Assembly: GCA_038816475.1 (NCBI GenBank)
Contig: JAWBAI010000002.1
Span: 64,001-128,000, forward strand
Source of the DNA: Desulfurococcaceae archaeon
Lineage (GTDB): Archaea; Thermoproteota; Thermoprotei_A; Sulfolobales; Desulfurococcaceae
Direction: 5' to 3'
Length of the DNA: 64,000 nucleotides
Part shown: positions 32,129 to 40,242 of the stretch, one piece after another
Layout of the letters: every line of letters starts with the position of its first letter
How positions within the stretch are numbered: the first letter of the stretch is position 1
Notes under the pieces: generated by a model
What the model was told of the DNA's origin: nothing
The model's input: the letters and a program-made list of their open reading frames with translations, nothing else
Databases searched by the model: none
Made by a program: the position numbers and the translations under genes

Positions 32129-33865
32129 ATGGATCTTCACGACAAGATAGCGGATCTCTCGAAGAGACGTGGTATATTTTGGCCTTCGTTTGAAATATAC
32201 GGGGGAGTAGCAGGGTTCTACGACTTTGGTCCTATTGGTGTACTTATAAAAAGAAACATCGTTAATCAGTGGTTAAAATTCTTCGTATATTCGAAGAACT
32301 ACGTTGTGGAGATAGAAACACCAATAGTAAATCCAAGAATAGTTTTCAGAGCGAGTGGTCACGAAGACCACTTCACAGACCCAGTACTAGAGTGTTCTAA
32401 GTGTGGTAGAGTGTACAGAGCTGATCACCTGATCAAGGACGCTTTGGGAATAAATGTCGAGGGCTGGAGTATAGAGAAAATAAGTGAGCTTGTAAGAGAA
32501 AAAGACCTTAGATGCCCCGAGTGCGGAGGAGAGCTAACGAGGGCTTTCAATACGCTTCTTCTATTTGCAACCGAGATTGGACCTTACAAAGGTGAAAGAG
32601 CATACTTAAGGCCTGAGCATGCGCAAGGAATGTTCATAAATTTTCCACTTCTACTCAAAATAACCAGAGATAAGCTGCCGCTTGGTGTAGCTCAGGTAGG
32701 AAAAGTAGCTAGAAATGAAATATCCCCGAGACAGGGGCTTCTACGACTGAGAGAGTTTACAATAATGGAGTTGGAATTCTTCTTCGACCCCGAGGACGAT
32801 GAAACCGTTGCAGAGAATCTTGAAGAGGTTAAAGACGAGGTAGTAAGAGTTGTTACCGCCGATATGAGAATGCGTGGTCTCGAAGAACCCGTGGAGTATA
32901 CGGCAAAAGAGCTTGCCGAGAAAGGTATTACTAAAACACCATGGCTCGCGTACTGGATGGCGATCGGCAACAAGTTCATAAGAAGTCTAGGGATACCACA
33001 GGACAAGATCAGGTTCTACGAGAAGCTACACCACGAACGTGCCCACTACTCAGCGCAAACATTCGACCAAGAGGTTTACACCTCGCGTTTCGGCTGGATC
33101 GAAGTAGCTGGATACGCCTATAGAACATCCTATGACCTGGACAAGCACGCTGAGTACAGTAAAGCTGATTTCTCCTACTTCAAAAGATACGAAACACCGG
33201 TGACAATAGCAGTTCAAAAAGCGTACCCCAATCTACATGCCATTGAAAAACTCTTCGGAAGAGAGGTTTTGCCGATCATCATGAAGGGCCTTACAAGTAG
33301 AACACCGGAGGAGCTGTATAAGGAACTTGAATCAAAGGGTTACGTAGAGGTGGAGGAATACAAACTGTCCTCGGATTGTTTCTTTGTGAAGAAAGAGGAG
33401 GTAAAGGTGTATGGTAAAAAGATCGTTCCTCATGTTGTTGAACCTTCATTCGGTGTAGAGAGAGTATTATACATAGTGCTTGAACACGCGTTCACAGAGA
33501 GAAACGGAAAAATTACTCTAAGGCTTCCACCGAGTATTGCTCCATACCATGTAGCAGTTTTTCCACTAGTAACCGGCAGAAAGCCGGAACATCAGAAAAT
33601 GATCGAAATCTCGAGACGAATATACAAGAACCTCGTAGAAAAAGGGTTTAGAGCCCTCTACGATGAAGAAGGTAGCATTGGACGTAGATATGCAAGAATT
33701 GATGAGATCGGTGTTCCCTATGCAATAACCGTCGATTACCAAACACTAGAAGACGAAACAGTAACTGTAAGAGACCGAGATACCACAGAACAGGTCAGAG
33801 TCCCAATAGGGAAGATAATTGAATATTTAATTGACAAACTAGGCATAAAAACACTACTTGAGTAA
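32129..33865 (+). CDS. glyS: Glycyl-tRNA synthetase (alpha2 type)
   Basis: IYGGVAGFYDFGP, YLRPEHAQG, RNEISPRQGLLRLREF, EPSFG, SIGRRYAR.DEIG; probable ATG at 32129. Confidence 0.97.
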   Translation: MDLHDKIADLSKRRGIFWPSFEIYGGVAGFYDFGPIGVLIKRNIVNQWLKFFVYSKNYVVEIETPIVNPRIVFRASGHEDHFTDPVLECSKCGRVYRADHLIKDALGINVEGWSIEKISELVREKDLRCPECGGELTRAFNTLLLFATEIGPYKGERAYLRPEHAQGMFINFPLLLKITRDKLPLGVAQVGKVARNEISPRQGLLRLREFTIMELEFFFDPEDDETVAENLEEVKDEVVRVVTADMRMRGLEEPVEYTAKELAEKGITKTPWLAYWMAIGNKFIRSLGIPQDKIRFYEKLHHERAHYSAQTFDQEVYTSRFGWIEVAGYAYRTSYDLDKHAEYSKADFSYFKRYETPVTIAVQKAYPNLHAIEKLFGREVLPIIMKGLTSRTPEELYKELESKGYVEVEEYKLSSDCFFVKKEEVKVYGKKIVPHVVEPSFGVERVLYIVLEHAFTERNGKITLRLPPSIAPYHVAVFPLVTGRKPEHQKMIEISRRIYKNLVEKGFRALYDEEGSIGRRYARIDEIGVPYAITVDYQTLEDETVTVRDRDTTEQVRVPIGKIIEYLIDKLGIKTLLE

Positions 33866-33880
33866 ACTCCGAGAAGACCC

Positions 33881-34294
33881 TTGGATATAAGTATAGAAAC
33901 AGAATTAATGCGTGGTGTACAAAGCTTGGACCTAGAAAAACCGGAAGAAAAAACCGGGGTTGACATCTCTAAGCTTCTAGCTATAATTCCACCTGCATCT
34001 GAGGTTTTGAAGAAAGAGCAAAAAACTCTATCGGAAAAAAGAATTAGAATAAAGTTTGATAAGACCCTAGTTAAACCAGTAGCGAAAATTTCATCAGTTA
34101 TAGCACATGAGTTGGGAATAAAGAACGGGGACTACGTAGAAATAGTTGTCGCGGGTAAAAAGAAAACCAAGCTTATAGCCGAAGTAATCGACTCGCCTGA
34201 TGTAAACGTTGTAGTAGTATACCCCGAAGAACTGGAGAAGCAAGGAGTCGCCGATAACAGCATTGCTACCATAAGAAAGGTGTTATCTCAATGA
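33881..34294 (+). CDS. Hypothetical protein, probable stand-alone double-psi beta-barrel
   Basis: AKIS...AHELGIKNGDYVEI and VYPEELEKQGVADNSIATI resemble the two halves of the Cdc48 N-domain. Confidence 0.6.
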   Translation: MDISIETELMRGVQSLDLEKPEEKTGVDISKLLAIIPPASEVLKKEQKTLSEKRIRIKFDKTLVKPVAKISSVIAHELGIKNGDYVEIVVAGKKKTKLIAEVIDSPDVNVVVVYPEELEKQGVADNSIATIRKVLSQ

Positions 34295-34692
34295 GTATTT
34301 ACGACGTACTGCATGCTATAAAGAAGTTCGTAGATGAGTGCGAAAACCTCATAAGGGATGGTAAACTAGCTGTTTCACTAGAAGACGTGAACGTGGCTTT
34401 GAGATTTGTAGAGCAGGCTAAAAGTATATCTATACAGATTAAACCTATTCTTGAAGACACCAAGCAAAGTCTCGATGCTTATAAGAACGAGGATGCCTTG
34501 TTCAAGTACATCAGTGCTTACTATAGAACAGCCGTGTTGGTAAGCGTTCCATACGTAGTAATGATACTGAAAAATGTGGCTGGTGTTCTCGAGAAGAACG
34601 GTTATTTAGAGAAAGCAAAAGAAGCAAGAAACGTGGCTGAAAACATCGAGGTCATAGTCAACACTCTAAGATCTCGTAGAGAACGCCAATAA
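34291..34692 (+). CDS. Hypothetical alpha-helical protein
   Basis: ATGA overlap with the upstream gene; protein-like composition; no family recognised. Confidence 0.65.
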   Translation: MSIYDVLHAIKKFVDECENLIRDGKLAVSLEDVNVALRFVEQAKSISIQIKPILEDTKQSLDAYKNEDALFKYISAYYRTAVLVSVPYVVMILKNVAGVLEKNGYLEKAKEARNVAENIEVIVNTLRSRRERQ

Positions 34693-36247
34693 TGTACCTA
34701 GGTTTAACATCTACTACTTTTACTAGACCTCTGCACCCACTTAGACCTGCTTTTTCCGCCTTGGTCTTAACGAACACTACTGGTCCGTGTTTAACTGGAT
34801 AACCATAGAGTTTTCCACCGCTTTCTAAAAAGTAGACCTCAATGTGCTTTCCGATGAGCTTTTTCTTCGTCGAAGCATTGTAGTTGTCTATAAGCTTCTT
34901 GATCCTGAATATCAGCTCCTGGTTATCGCGCGTAGGTTTTATCCTTTCAAACGCTGTTGCAGGTAAGTTTATAAACTTGTAAAAAGTTATTTTCTCTACC
35001 CCGGCAACTTGCAGTTTTTCAAGTGATTTAACAGTTTCCTCGTACACGTTACTAGTTGCTAGTGGAAGACTGTGCATTAGGTAAACATACGGTCTTAACC
35101 CATTTTCACTAAGTATTTTACAGGCCTTGACAACGTGATCTACGCTGATCGGTTTACCCAGAACTCTATCGTTATACCAGTCACACCCTGTTTCTAGCCC
35201 TATGTGAACCGTTGTTCCCCTGAGGTATCTTCCCAGAATCCTACCAACCTCCTCGTTTACTAGGCATGCTTTTATGTTCTCGATCATTACAACAGCTTTC
35301 CCATTTTTGATCATCTCTATGGAGTTCAGCTCATTCAGTAATTCCTCAATAGAGTTTAAATTGGGGGGTGGAGTACAGGGATCAGTTAGGATACCGGATT
35401 CGACAAGCTCTTCTCTCATGTAGTCTAAGAAGTCAGGTCCACTCAGTACTATTCTCCTAACTCCGTGTGCTACGAGCTCTTCTACTTCTCTTACAATTGA
35501 TGTAATGGGTCTGCTCCTGGGATAGCCGAACATGTAGGGAACACTGCAAAAACCGCAACCTGGTGGAATACCTGCTGGACAGTTTAAACGGTCTGTTAGG
35601 TTAGGGCTTCTACACCTATAGCATTCAATACAGTTTAACCCATTCACCTTCAGCATAGGCCTACAGAAGTTGCTGCATCCACGAACAACCTCGACGTAGA
35701 ATCTGTAAACCTGAGGATGCTCGAATGCCCTATCAACCGCTGTCCACGGCTTTATCTTAGCTAGAATATCCTTAGGGGTATGAATATGGCTCGAGGTCAC
35801 TTTGACATGACCATTAACTCTGTAAGCAATCGAAGGCACATGGGAGATGTTTAAGCTGTTTTTAGCGAGTTCTTCAAGTAGCTTATCCGTGGGAATTTCT
35901 CCTTCACCTATAACAACGTAGTCTATGTCTACTTGTTGCAGAAGCTTTGCATACTCGAAGCTTACCGGTCCTCCTACAACTACTGTTCCTTTAAACGAGA
36001 ATCTTCTTAGTGATGATACAAAACGCTTAACTGCTACGTAATCAGAGCTCATAGCCGATACCATGACGACATCGAACTTTCTAACAATGCTCAGTTTTTC
36101 AACGGCTTTTTCATAGGGGAAGAAGAATACATCACCGTGTTTTTCGGCAATACCAGCAATATGGCGTGGACCTGCACCTACAACATCAAACGTCGAATAA
36201 CGTTTTCCCATTGCTCGTGCAAGTGCATCTACAACTGCTATCTTCAC
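34658..36247 (-). CDS. B12-binding-like / radical SAM protein with split cluster motif and C-terminal TRAM-like segment
   Basis: VVVGGP...DYVVIGEGE; EVVRGC-x39-CGFC; RSRP...IVREV; IGLETG. Confidence 0.88.
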   Translation of the reverse strand: MKIAVVDALARAMGKRYSTFDVVGAGPRHIAGIAEKHGDVFFFPYEKAVEKLSIVRKFDVVMVSAMSSDYVAVKRFVSSLRRFSFKGTVVVGGPVSFEYAKLLQQVDIDYVVIGEGEIPTDKLLEELAKNSLNISHVPSIAYRVNGHVKVTSSHIHTPKDILAKIKPWTAVDRAFEHPQVYRFYVEVVRGCSNFCRPMLKVNGLNCIECYRCRSPNLTDRLNCPAGIPPGCGFCSVPYMFGYPRSRPITSIVREVEELVAHGVRRIVLSGPDFLDYMREELVESGILTDPCTPPPNLNSIEELLNELNSIEMIKNGKAVVMIENIKACLVNEEVGRILGRYLRGTTVHIGLETGCDWYNDRVLGKPISVDHVVKACKILSENGLRPYVYLMHSLPLATSNVYEETVKSLEKLQVAGVEKITFYKFINLPATAFERIKPTRDNQELIFRIKKLIDNYNASTKKKLIGKHIEVYFLESGGKLYGYPVKHGPVVFVKTKAEKAGLSGCRGLVKVVDVKPRYIIGVLYEILEC

Positions 36248-36327
36248 GGTTCCTCCGCTCCGCTGTATACACCTTTAAAATACCTCTTAGCCTATTCTTA
36301 TAAAATGGTCTTACGACGTGATAAGCA

Positions 36328-36996
36328 ATGATTGAAGAAAGAAAGAGCTCACTAGTAGAATTAACAACTTTGGAGCAAATAGTAAATATGTGTAGAATTC
36401 TAAGAGACGAAATAGAAGCTCTGAAAGAAATGCTTACCATTTATGGAACGCTCCACGACGCGGATCTTTACAAGCTATATGAGAGAGTTAGAAGTACAAA
36501 GAACAGAGGTGAAGAACTCAAGGTTCTGCTACTCGAGTATCTCGTAAGAAGCTCCGAGATAATAATGTACTCAGTGAACTACGTTAACATCGTAAAAACT
36601 ATCGACAGAGCAATACAGCAACTAGATGGAGCAGCATACAGAGTGCTTCTAGCAAAAGAGAACAAGATCATACTTAGCGATGAAACTATCGAGATTCTCA
36701 AGAAACTGCTTGAACTAGAAAAGAAGCAGGTGCAACACTTAGAAAATTCCGCTACCAAGTTGACTGTTTCACCTAAATCTTCACTCGAAGAGCTTAATTC
36801 GGTCTTCAAGCTAGAAGAAGAAATAGACGTGATGTTTAGAAAAGAGCTAATAGATATATACAATAGGTACTCTGGTTATATAACAGCACTTCTGATTCTG
36901 AAAGACATTATTGAGCACATAGAAGACTCCAGCGACCTGATCAAGACGGCTGGTGAAGAAGTACGGTATCTAGCACTGGTAAGACTGGCGATCTAG
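36328..36996 (+). CDS. DUF47 / PhoU-like helical protein
   Basis: Two helical repeats, LEEEID..FR, IEHIEDSSD. Confidence 0.75.
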   Translation: MIEERKSSLVELTTLEQIVNMCRILRDEIEALKEMLTIYGTLHDADLYKLYERVRSTKNRGEELKVLLLEYLVRSSEIIMYSVNYVNIVKTIDRAIQQLDGAAYRVLLAKENKIILSDETIEILKKLLELEKKQVQHLENSATKLTVSPKSSLEELNSVFKLEEEIDVMFRKELIDIYNRYSGYITALLILKDIIEHIEDSSDLIKTAGEEVRYLALVRLAI

Positions 36997-37550
36997 AAGG
37001 CCCGGGGAAATCCTGCACAGCCTATCTTTTACACAATCGTGCTGTAGTATTCGACTACGATTGTGCTAATAGTCTCTACTGGAGCGGATACTACGGGACT
37101 TTTCTAGGAATTAGTAAACCCAGAGAAAAAAGCTTAAAAGCTCCACTCGAGCTCTCGCTAATTGAAGCACTGTATCTCCTCGAGAAAAACCTTATAAAAG
37201 TGGTAAAGGGGTACAGTAAGCTTAAACCAGGCGAGTTGTTCAAGATAGCTAAAGAACAGATTGAAAAATTCGATGCACTCTATGGGGTTTACGTTGACTT
37301 GAGGAAAAGAGGGTTTGTGATTAGACGTGGGTTAAAGTTTGGATGCGACTACCTGGTGTATAGGTATGGTCCTGGCGTGGATCACGCTCCATTCGGGGTT
37401 CTAGTCTACTACGATGGTGAAAAAATAGACCCTATAGAGCTTGTAAGAGCAGGGCGATTACTTCACTCTGTTCGTAAAAAGCTTGTCATTGCGATATACT
37501 ATGACTATGGGAACATAAGGTATGTTGTCCTAGACTGGTGGAAACCCTAA
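36993..37550 (+). CDS. endA: tRNA-splicing endonuclease catalytic (alpha) subunit; start codon unresolved
   Basis: GLKFGCDYLVY, HAPF, SVRKKL (Tyr/His/Lys triad); frame open from 36957 and encodes GYYGTFLGISKP...LELSLIEALYL upstream of the first GTG (37200); start given is estimated from family length. Confidence 0.92.
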   Translation, partial: LEGPGKSCTAYLLHNRAVVFDYDCANSLYWSGYYGTFLGISKPREKSLKAPLELSLIEALYLLEKNLIKVVKGYSKLKPGELFKIAKEQIEKFDALYGVYVDLRKRGFVIRRGLKFGCDYLVYRYGPGVDHAPFGVLVYYDGEKIDPIELVRAGRLLHSVRKKLVIAIYYDYGNIRYVVLDWWKP

Positions 37551-37559
37551 TACGTTGCT

Positions 37560-38009
37560 CTAGTGTAATGGCTTGTGTTTAGTGAGGTCGCTTATATCGT
37601 ACTCCTCGAAGCTTCTCATTTGCTTAAACAGGTCCTCATCTGATATCCTACTAACTTTCTTCTCAAGAGCTTTAGTGCACCTACCATCAGGTAGTAGTGA
37701 GTTGATTCTACATGAAGCATACTGACACTCACCACTTATGCAGTCTCCACCAGTGAGCCTACACTGGGCTACTCGGATGATCCTACCTTTAATTGGCTTA
37801 TTGACTACGAACATAGCGTTTCTAGTGCATACGAATAAAGGGCAAAGCGAGTGGCATCTTTCACCCAGCGGTTGTGGCACTGCGTGCTTCTCGCGTGCTG
37901 TCATAGTAGCTGGTTTTTCGACATAGGGTCTCTGGTGCGTACCCCCTGGGTTGCTGGAGGTCTTCCTAAAAGGATCGTGTCTGGCAATCCCAGAACGAGT
38001 GTTCTCCAT
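37560..38009 (-). CDS. Hypothetical Cys-rich protein (8 Cys)
   Basis: CHSLCPLFVC...C.LTGGDCISGECQYASC...LLPDGRC. Confidence 0.75.
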   Translation of the reverse strand: MENTRSGIARHDPFRKTSSNPGGTHQRPYVEKPATMTAREKHAVPQPLGERCHSLCPLFVCTRNAMFVVNKPIKGRIIRVAQCRLTGGDCISGECQYASCRINSLLPDGRCTKALEKKVSRISDEDLFKQMRSFEEYDISDLTKHKPLH

Positions 38010-38097
38010 TTATTTGAGCACCTATGCTTATACAACCCCAGAGTATTAACTTGAAAACACTCCTATTTATAACTTCTTTATTTCGAGATTGTTGAAG

Positions 38098-38679
38098 CTA
38101 GGTGCGATCCCATCGTCTGTATAGATTGTGATCAACGCCTAGAACATCAAGTACCTTGCCGACAATGAAGTCTACTACTTCATCTACTGTTCTGGGTTTA
38201 GGGTACAGCGCTGGAGATGCTGGTAAAACCACTGCACCTGCTTGTGCAATTCTGTAGAGGTTACTGAGGTCTATGATGGAGAGAGGAGTTTCCCTTAATA
38301 CGACTACGAGTTTGCCTTTCAATCTCAACACGTTGCATGCTACTCTAGTAATCAGGTTGTCCTGAATACCATTAGCTACTTTGGCTATAGTGTTCAGAGA
38401 GGCTGGAATTATGACCATGTCCGTGTTAACCAGCCTACTAGAGCTAGCAAGAGGAGCATCTACGTCCTGGCTAAAGTACACAGCGTCAACGTCGAGTCTA
38501 GACAAGTAGTCCTTGAGATCCATGTTTTCCTCGAATCTGGCAACCCTTGCAGCGTTTTCGCTGTAAACTACGTAGACTTCACCGTATGCTCTCCTAAGCA
38601 AAGCCCTGTGCTCGAGAAGTTTAATACCATAAGCGATCCCGCTTGCACCGGTTAATGCTACGACTATTCTTCTGCTCAC
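38098..38679 (-). CDS. ubiX: Flavin prenyltransferase UbiX family
   Basis: ALTGASG..YG, ASSS, DNLITR, RETPL, PALY.KP, RRW. Confidence 0.93.
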   Translation of the reverse strand: MSRRIVVALTGASGIAYGIKLLEHRALLRRAYGEVYVVYSENAARVARFEENMDLKDYLSRLDVDAVYFSQDVDAPLASSSRLVNTDMVIIPASLNTIAKVANGIQDNLITRVACNVLRLKGKLVVVLRETPLSIIDLSNLYRIAQAGAVVLPASPALYPKPRTVDEVVDFIVGKVLDVLGVDHNLYRRWDRT

Positions 38680-38774
38680 TACACATCACCAGCAGGAAGC
38701 GAAAGACACATGCGTAATATACTTTACTACTTGAATATAGCTTTAAAGTACTACTTTCAGTTTAGAGTATACCG

Positions 38775-38836
38775 GAGTGGATGATAGTGCTCTACAAGGA
38801 CTGACCGTGTGATGTGCCCGCGCAGGGTTGACACTC
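38775..38836 (+). ncRNA. Putative box C/D guide sRNA
   Basis: Stem GAGTG/CACTC; C ATGATAG 38781; D' CTGA 38801; C' GTGATGT 38809; D TTGA 38828; 13- and 12-nt guides. Confidence 0.65.
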
Positions 38837-39133
38837 GTTGAGCTATATCGCAGAGTGATAGAGATGCTTCCAAAAGGTATTGACGTGAAAAGACTAAATA
38901 AACTCGTTGAGGACCTCAGATCGCGTGGTCTTTGGGCGGAGAGACACTCGTACAGTATAAGAATAATGTACAATGACCTCATCGTAGCGAGTTTACACTT
39001 GTACCCTGGTTTCAGTGAAGCTGTACTTAGACTGTATGGAGGAGGTTTGAATAAACGCGTTCAGGAGATCGTAGAAGAGGTACTCGTTAAGAATCTGCCC
39101 GGGTTTAACATCAAGGTCCAGATTTTAAGGTAG
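38828..39133 (+). CDS. Hypothetical protein
   Basis: Fills the gap with protein-like composition; true start may be downstream of the overlapping sRNA. Confidence 0.6.
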   Translation: MTLVELYRRVIEMLPKGIDVKRLNKLVEDLRSRGLWAERHSYSIRIMYNDLIVASLHLYPGFSEAVLRLYGGGLNKRVQEIVEEVLVKNLPGFNIKVQILR

Positions 39134-39140
39134 GCAGTAA

Positions 39141-40220
39141 CTACACTTTGATGATCTCTGTAGACGCTTTTCTAAGTCTATTCATTACGGTTAACCCTAA
39201 TCCTTTTTCTTCAAATCCCTCTATAATTGCCAAGTCGCAGTGAAGATCATCAAGGTTTCTTAGCACCTTGAACAGATTTCTAGCAACTTCAAAGAGGTTT
39301 TGTCTAGAGCCAATGTCCAATAGGAGAACACTTGTTTCAGCGAGGTCGAAGTACTTGTTTATGGTTTCTCTGGACGCTACAATGCAAATTCTCTGGTATC
39401 TCCCTGCTCTACTCACGGCGATCTCTCTGACAATGTTAACGAGTGCTTCGAGGTTTTCCGAAAGTGGTTCAACGAGGATTAAAGGCGTTTGCGGCGCGTA
39501 ATGTTTGTATTTCATCCCGGGGGCTATAGCCTGAGCTGCTTCCTCGTACCCTCGTGCAAACTCGGGGATGTGTATTTTTGTACCTAACACCGTTTCTAGT
39601 TCTTCAACAGCGTACGCACCGGGTCTTAGAAGCGTGGGTGGTTTCGCTAAGATGTTAATAATTGTTGATTCAACACCGTACAAGGTTTCACCAGCATCAA
39701 TAACTGCATCTATTCTCCCGTAGAGGTCTTTGAGCACGTGTTCAGCCGTAGTTGGACTGGGTCTACCAGCGATATTTGCACTCGGTGCTGCTATCGGGAA
39801 CCCTGCTTCTCTGATCAATCCAAGTGCAACGGGGTGAGCAGGCATTCTTACAGCAACTGTTTCCAGTCCTCCTGTCGCGACCTTGGGTACACGTGGATTT
39901 CTTGGTAGTATCAACGTGAGAGGCCCTGGCCAGAACTTGTTTATGAGCTTGTAGGCTTCATCCGGTATATCCACAGCTACCTCGTAAAGCATGTCTACAC
40001 TGCACACGTGTATTATAAGAGGATTATCTGGAGGTCTCATCTTGGCCCAGAACACTTTCTTAACAGCGTTTTCATCGAATACGATAGCTCCAAGCCCGTA
40101 GACTGTTTCAGTTGGAAAGGCTACAATGCCTCCTGAATGAAGAATCTCGGCTGCTTTCCTTAAAACATCTGCATCCGGATTGCTCGGATCAGTTCTCAAC
40201 ACTAGTGTCATTTCAAACAC
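39141..40220 (-). CDS. sua5: Threonylcarbamoyl-AMP synthase Sua5
   Basis: FPTETVYGLGA, RP.DNPLI.H, WPGPLT, APSAN, PGMKYKHYAP, MNRLRKA. Confidence 0.97.
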   Translation of the reverse strand: MFEMTLVLRTDPSNPDADVLRKAAEILHSGGIVAFPTETVYGLGAIVFDENAVKKVFWAKMRPPDNPLIIHVCSVDMLYEVAVDIPDEAYKLINKFWPGPLTLILPRNPRVPKVATGGLETVAVRMPAHPVALGLIREAGFPIAAPSANIAGRPSPTTAEHVLKDLYGRIDAVIDAGETLYGVESTIINILAKPPTLLRPGAYAVEELETVLGTKIHIPEFARGYEEAAQAIAPGMKYKHYAPQTPLILVEPLSENLEALVNIVREIAVSRAGRYQRICIVASRETINKYFDLAETSVLLLDIGSRQNLFEVARNLFKVLRNLDDLHCDLAIIEGFEEKGLGLTVMNRLRKASTEIIKV

Positions 40221-40242
40221 TTGCGCACCTAGATACTACAAG

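Noticed and set aside
37005-37011. Slippery heptamer G GGA AAT in the DUF47 frame that would shift -1 into endA
   Set aside because: It lies downstream of the DUF47 TAG, so it would need readthrough plus a frameshift; too contrived without data.
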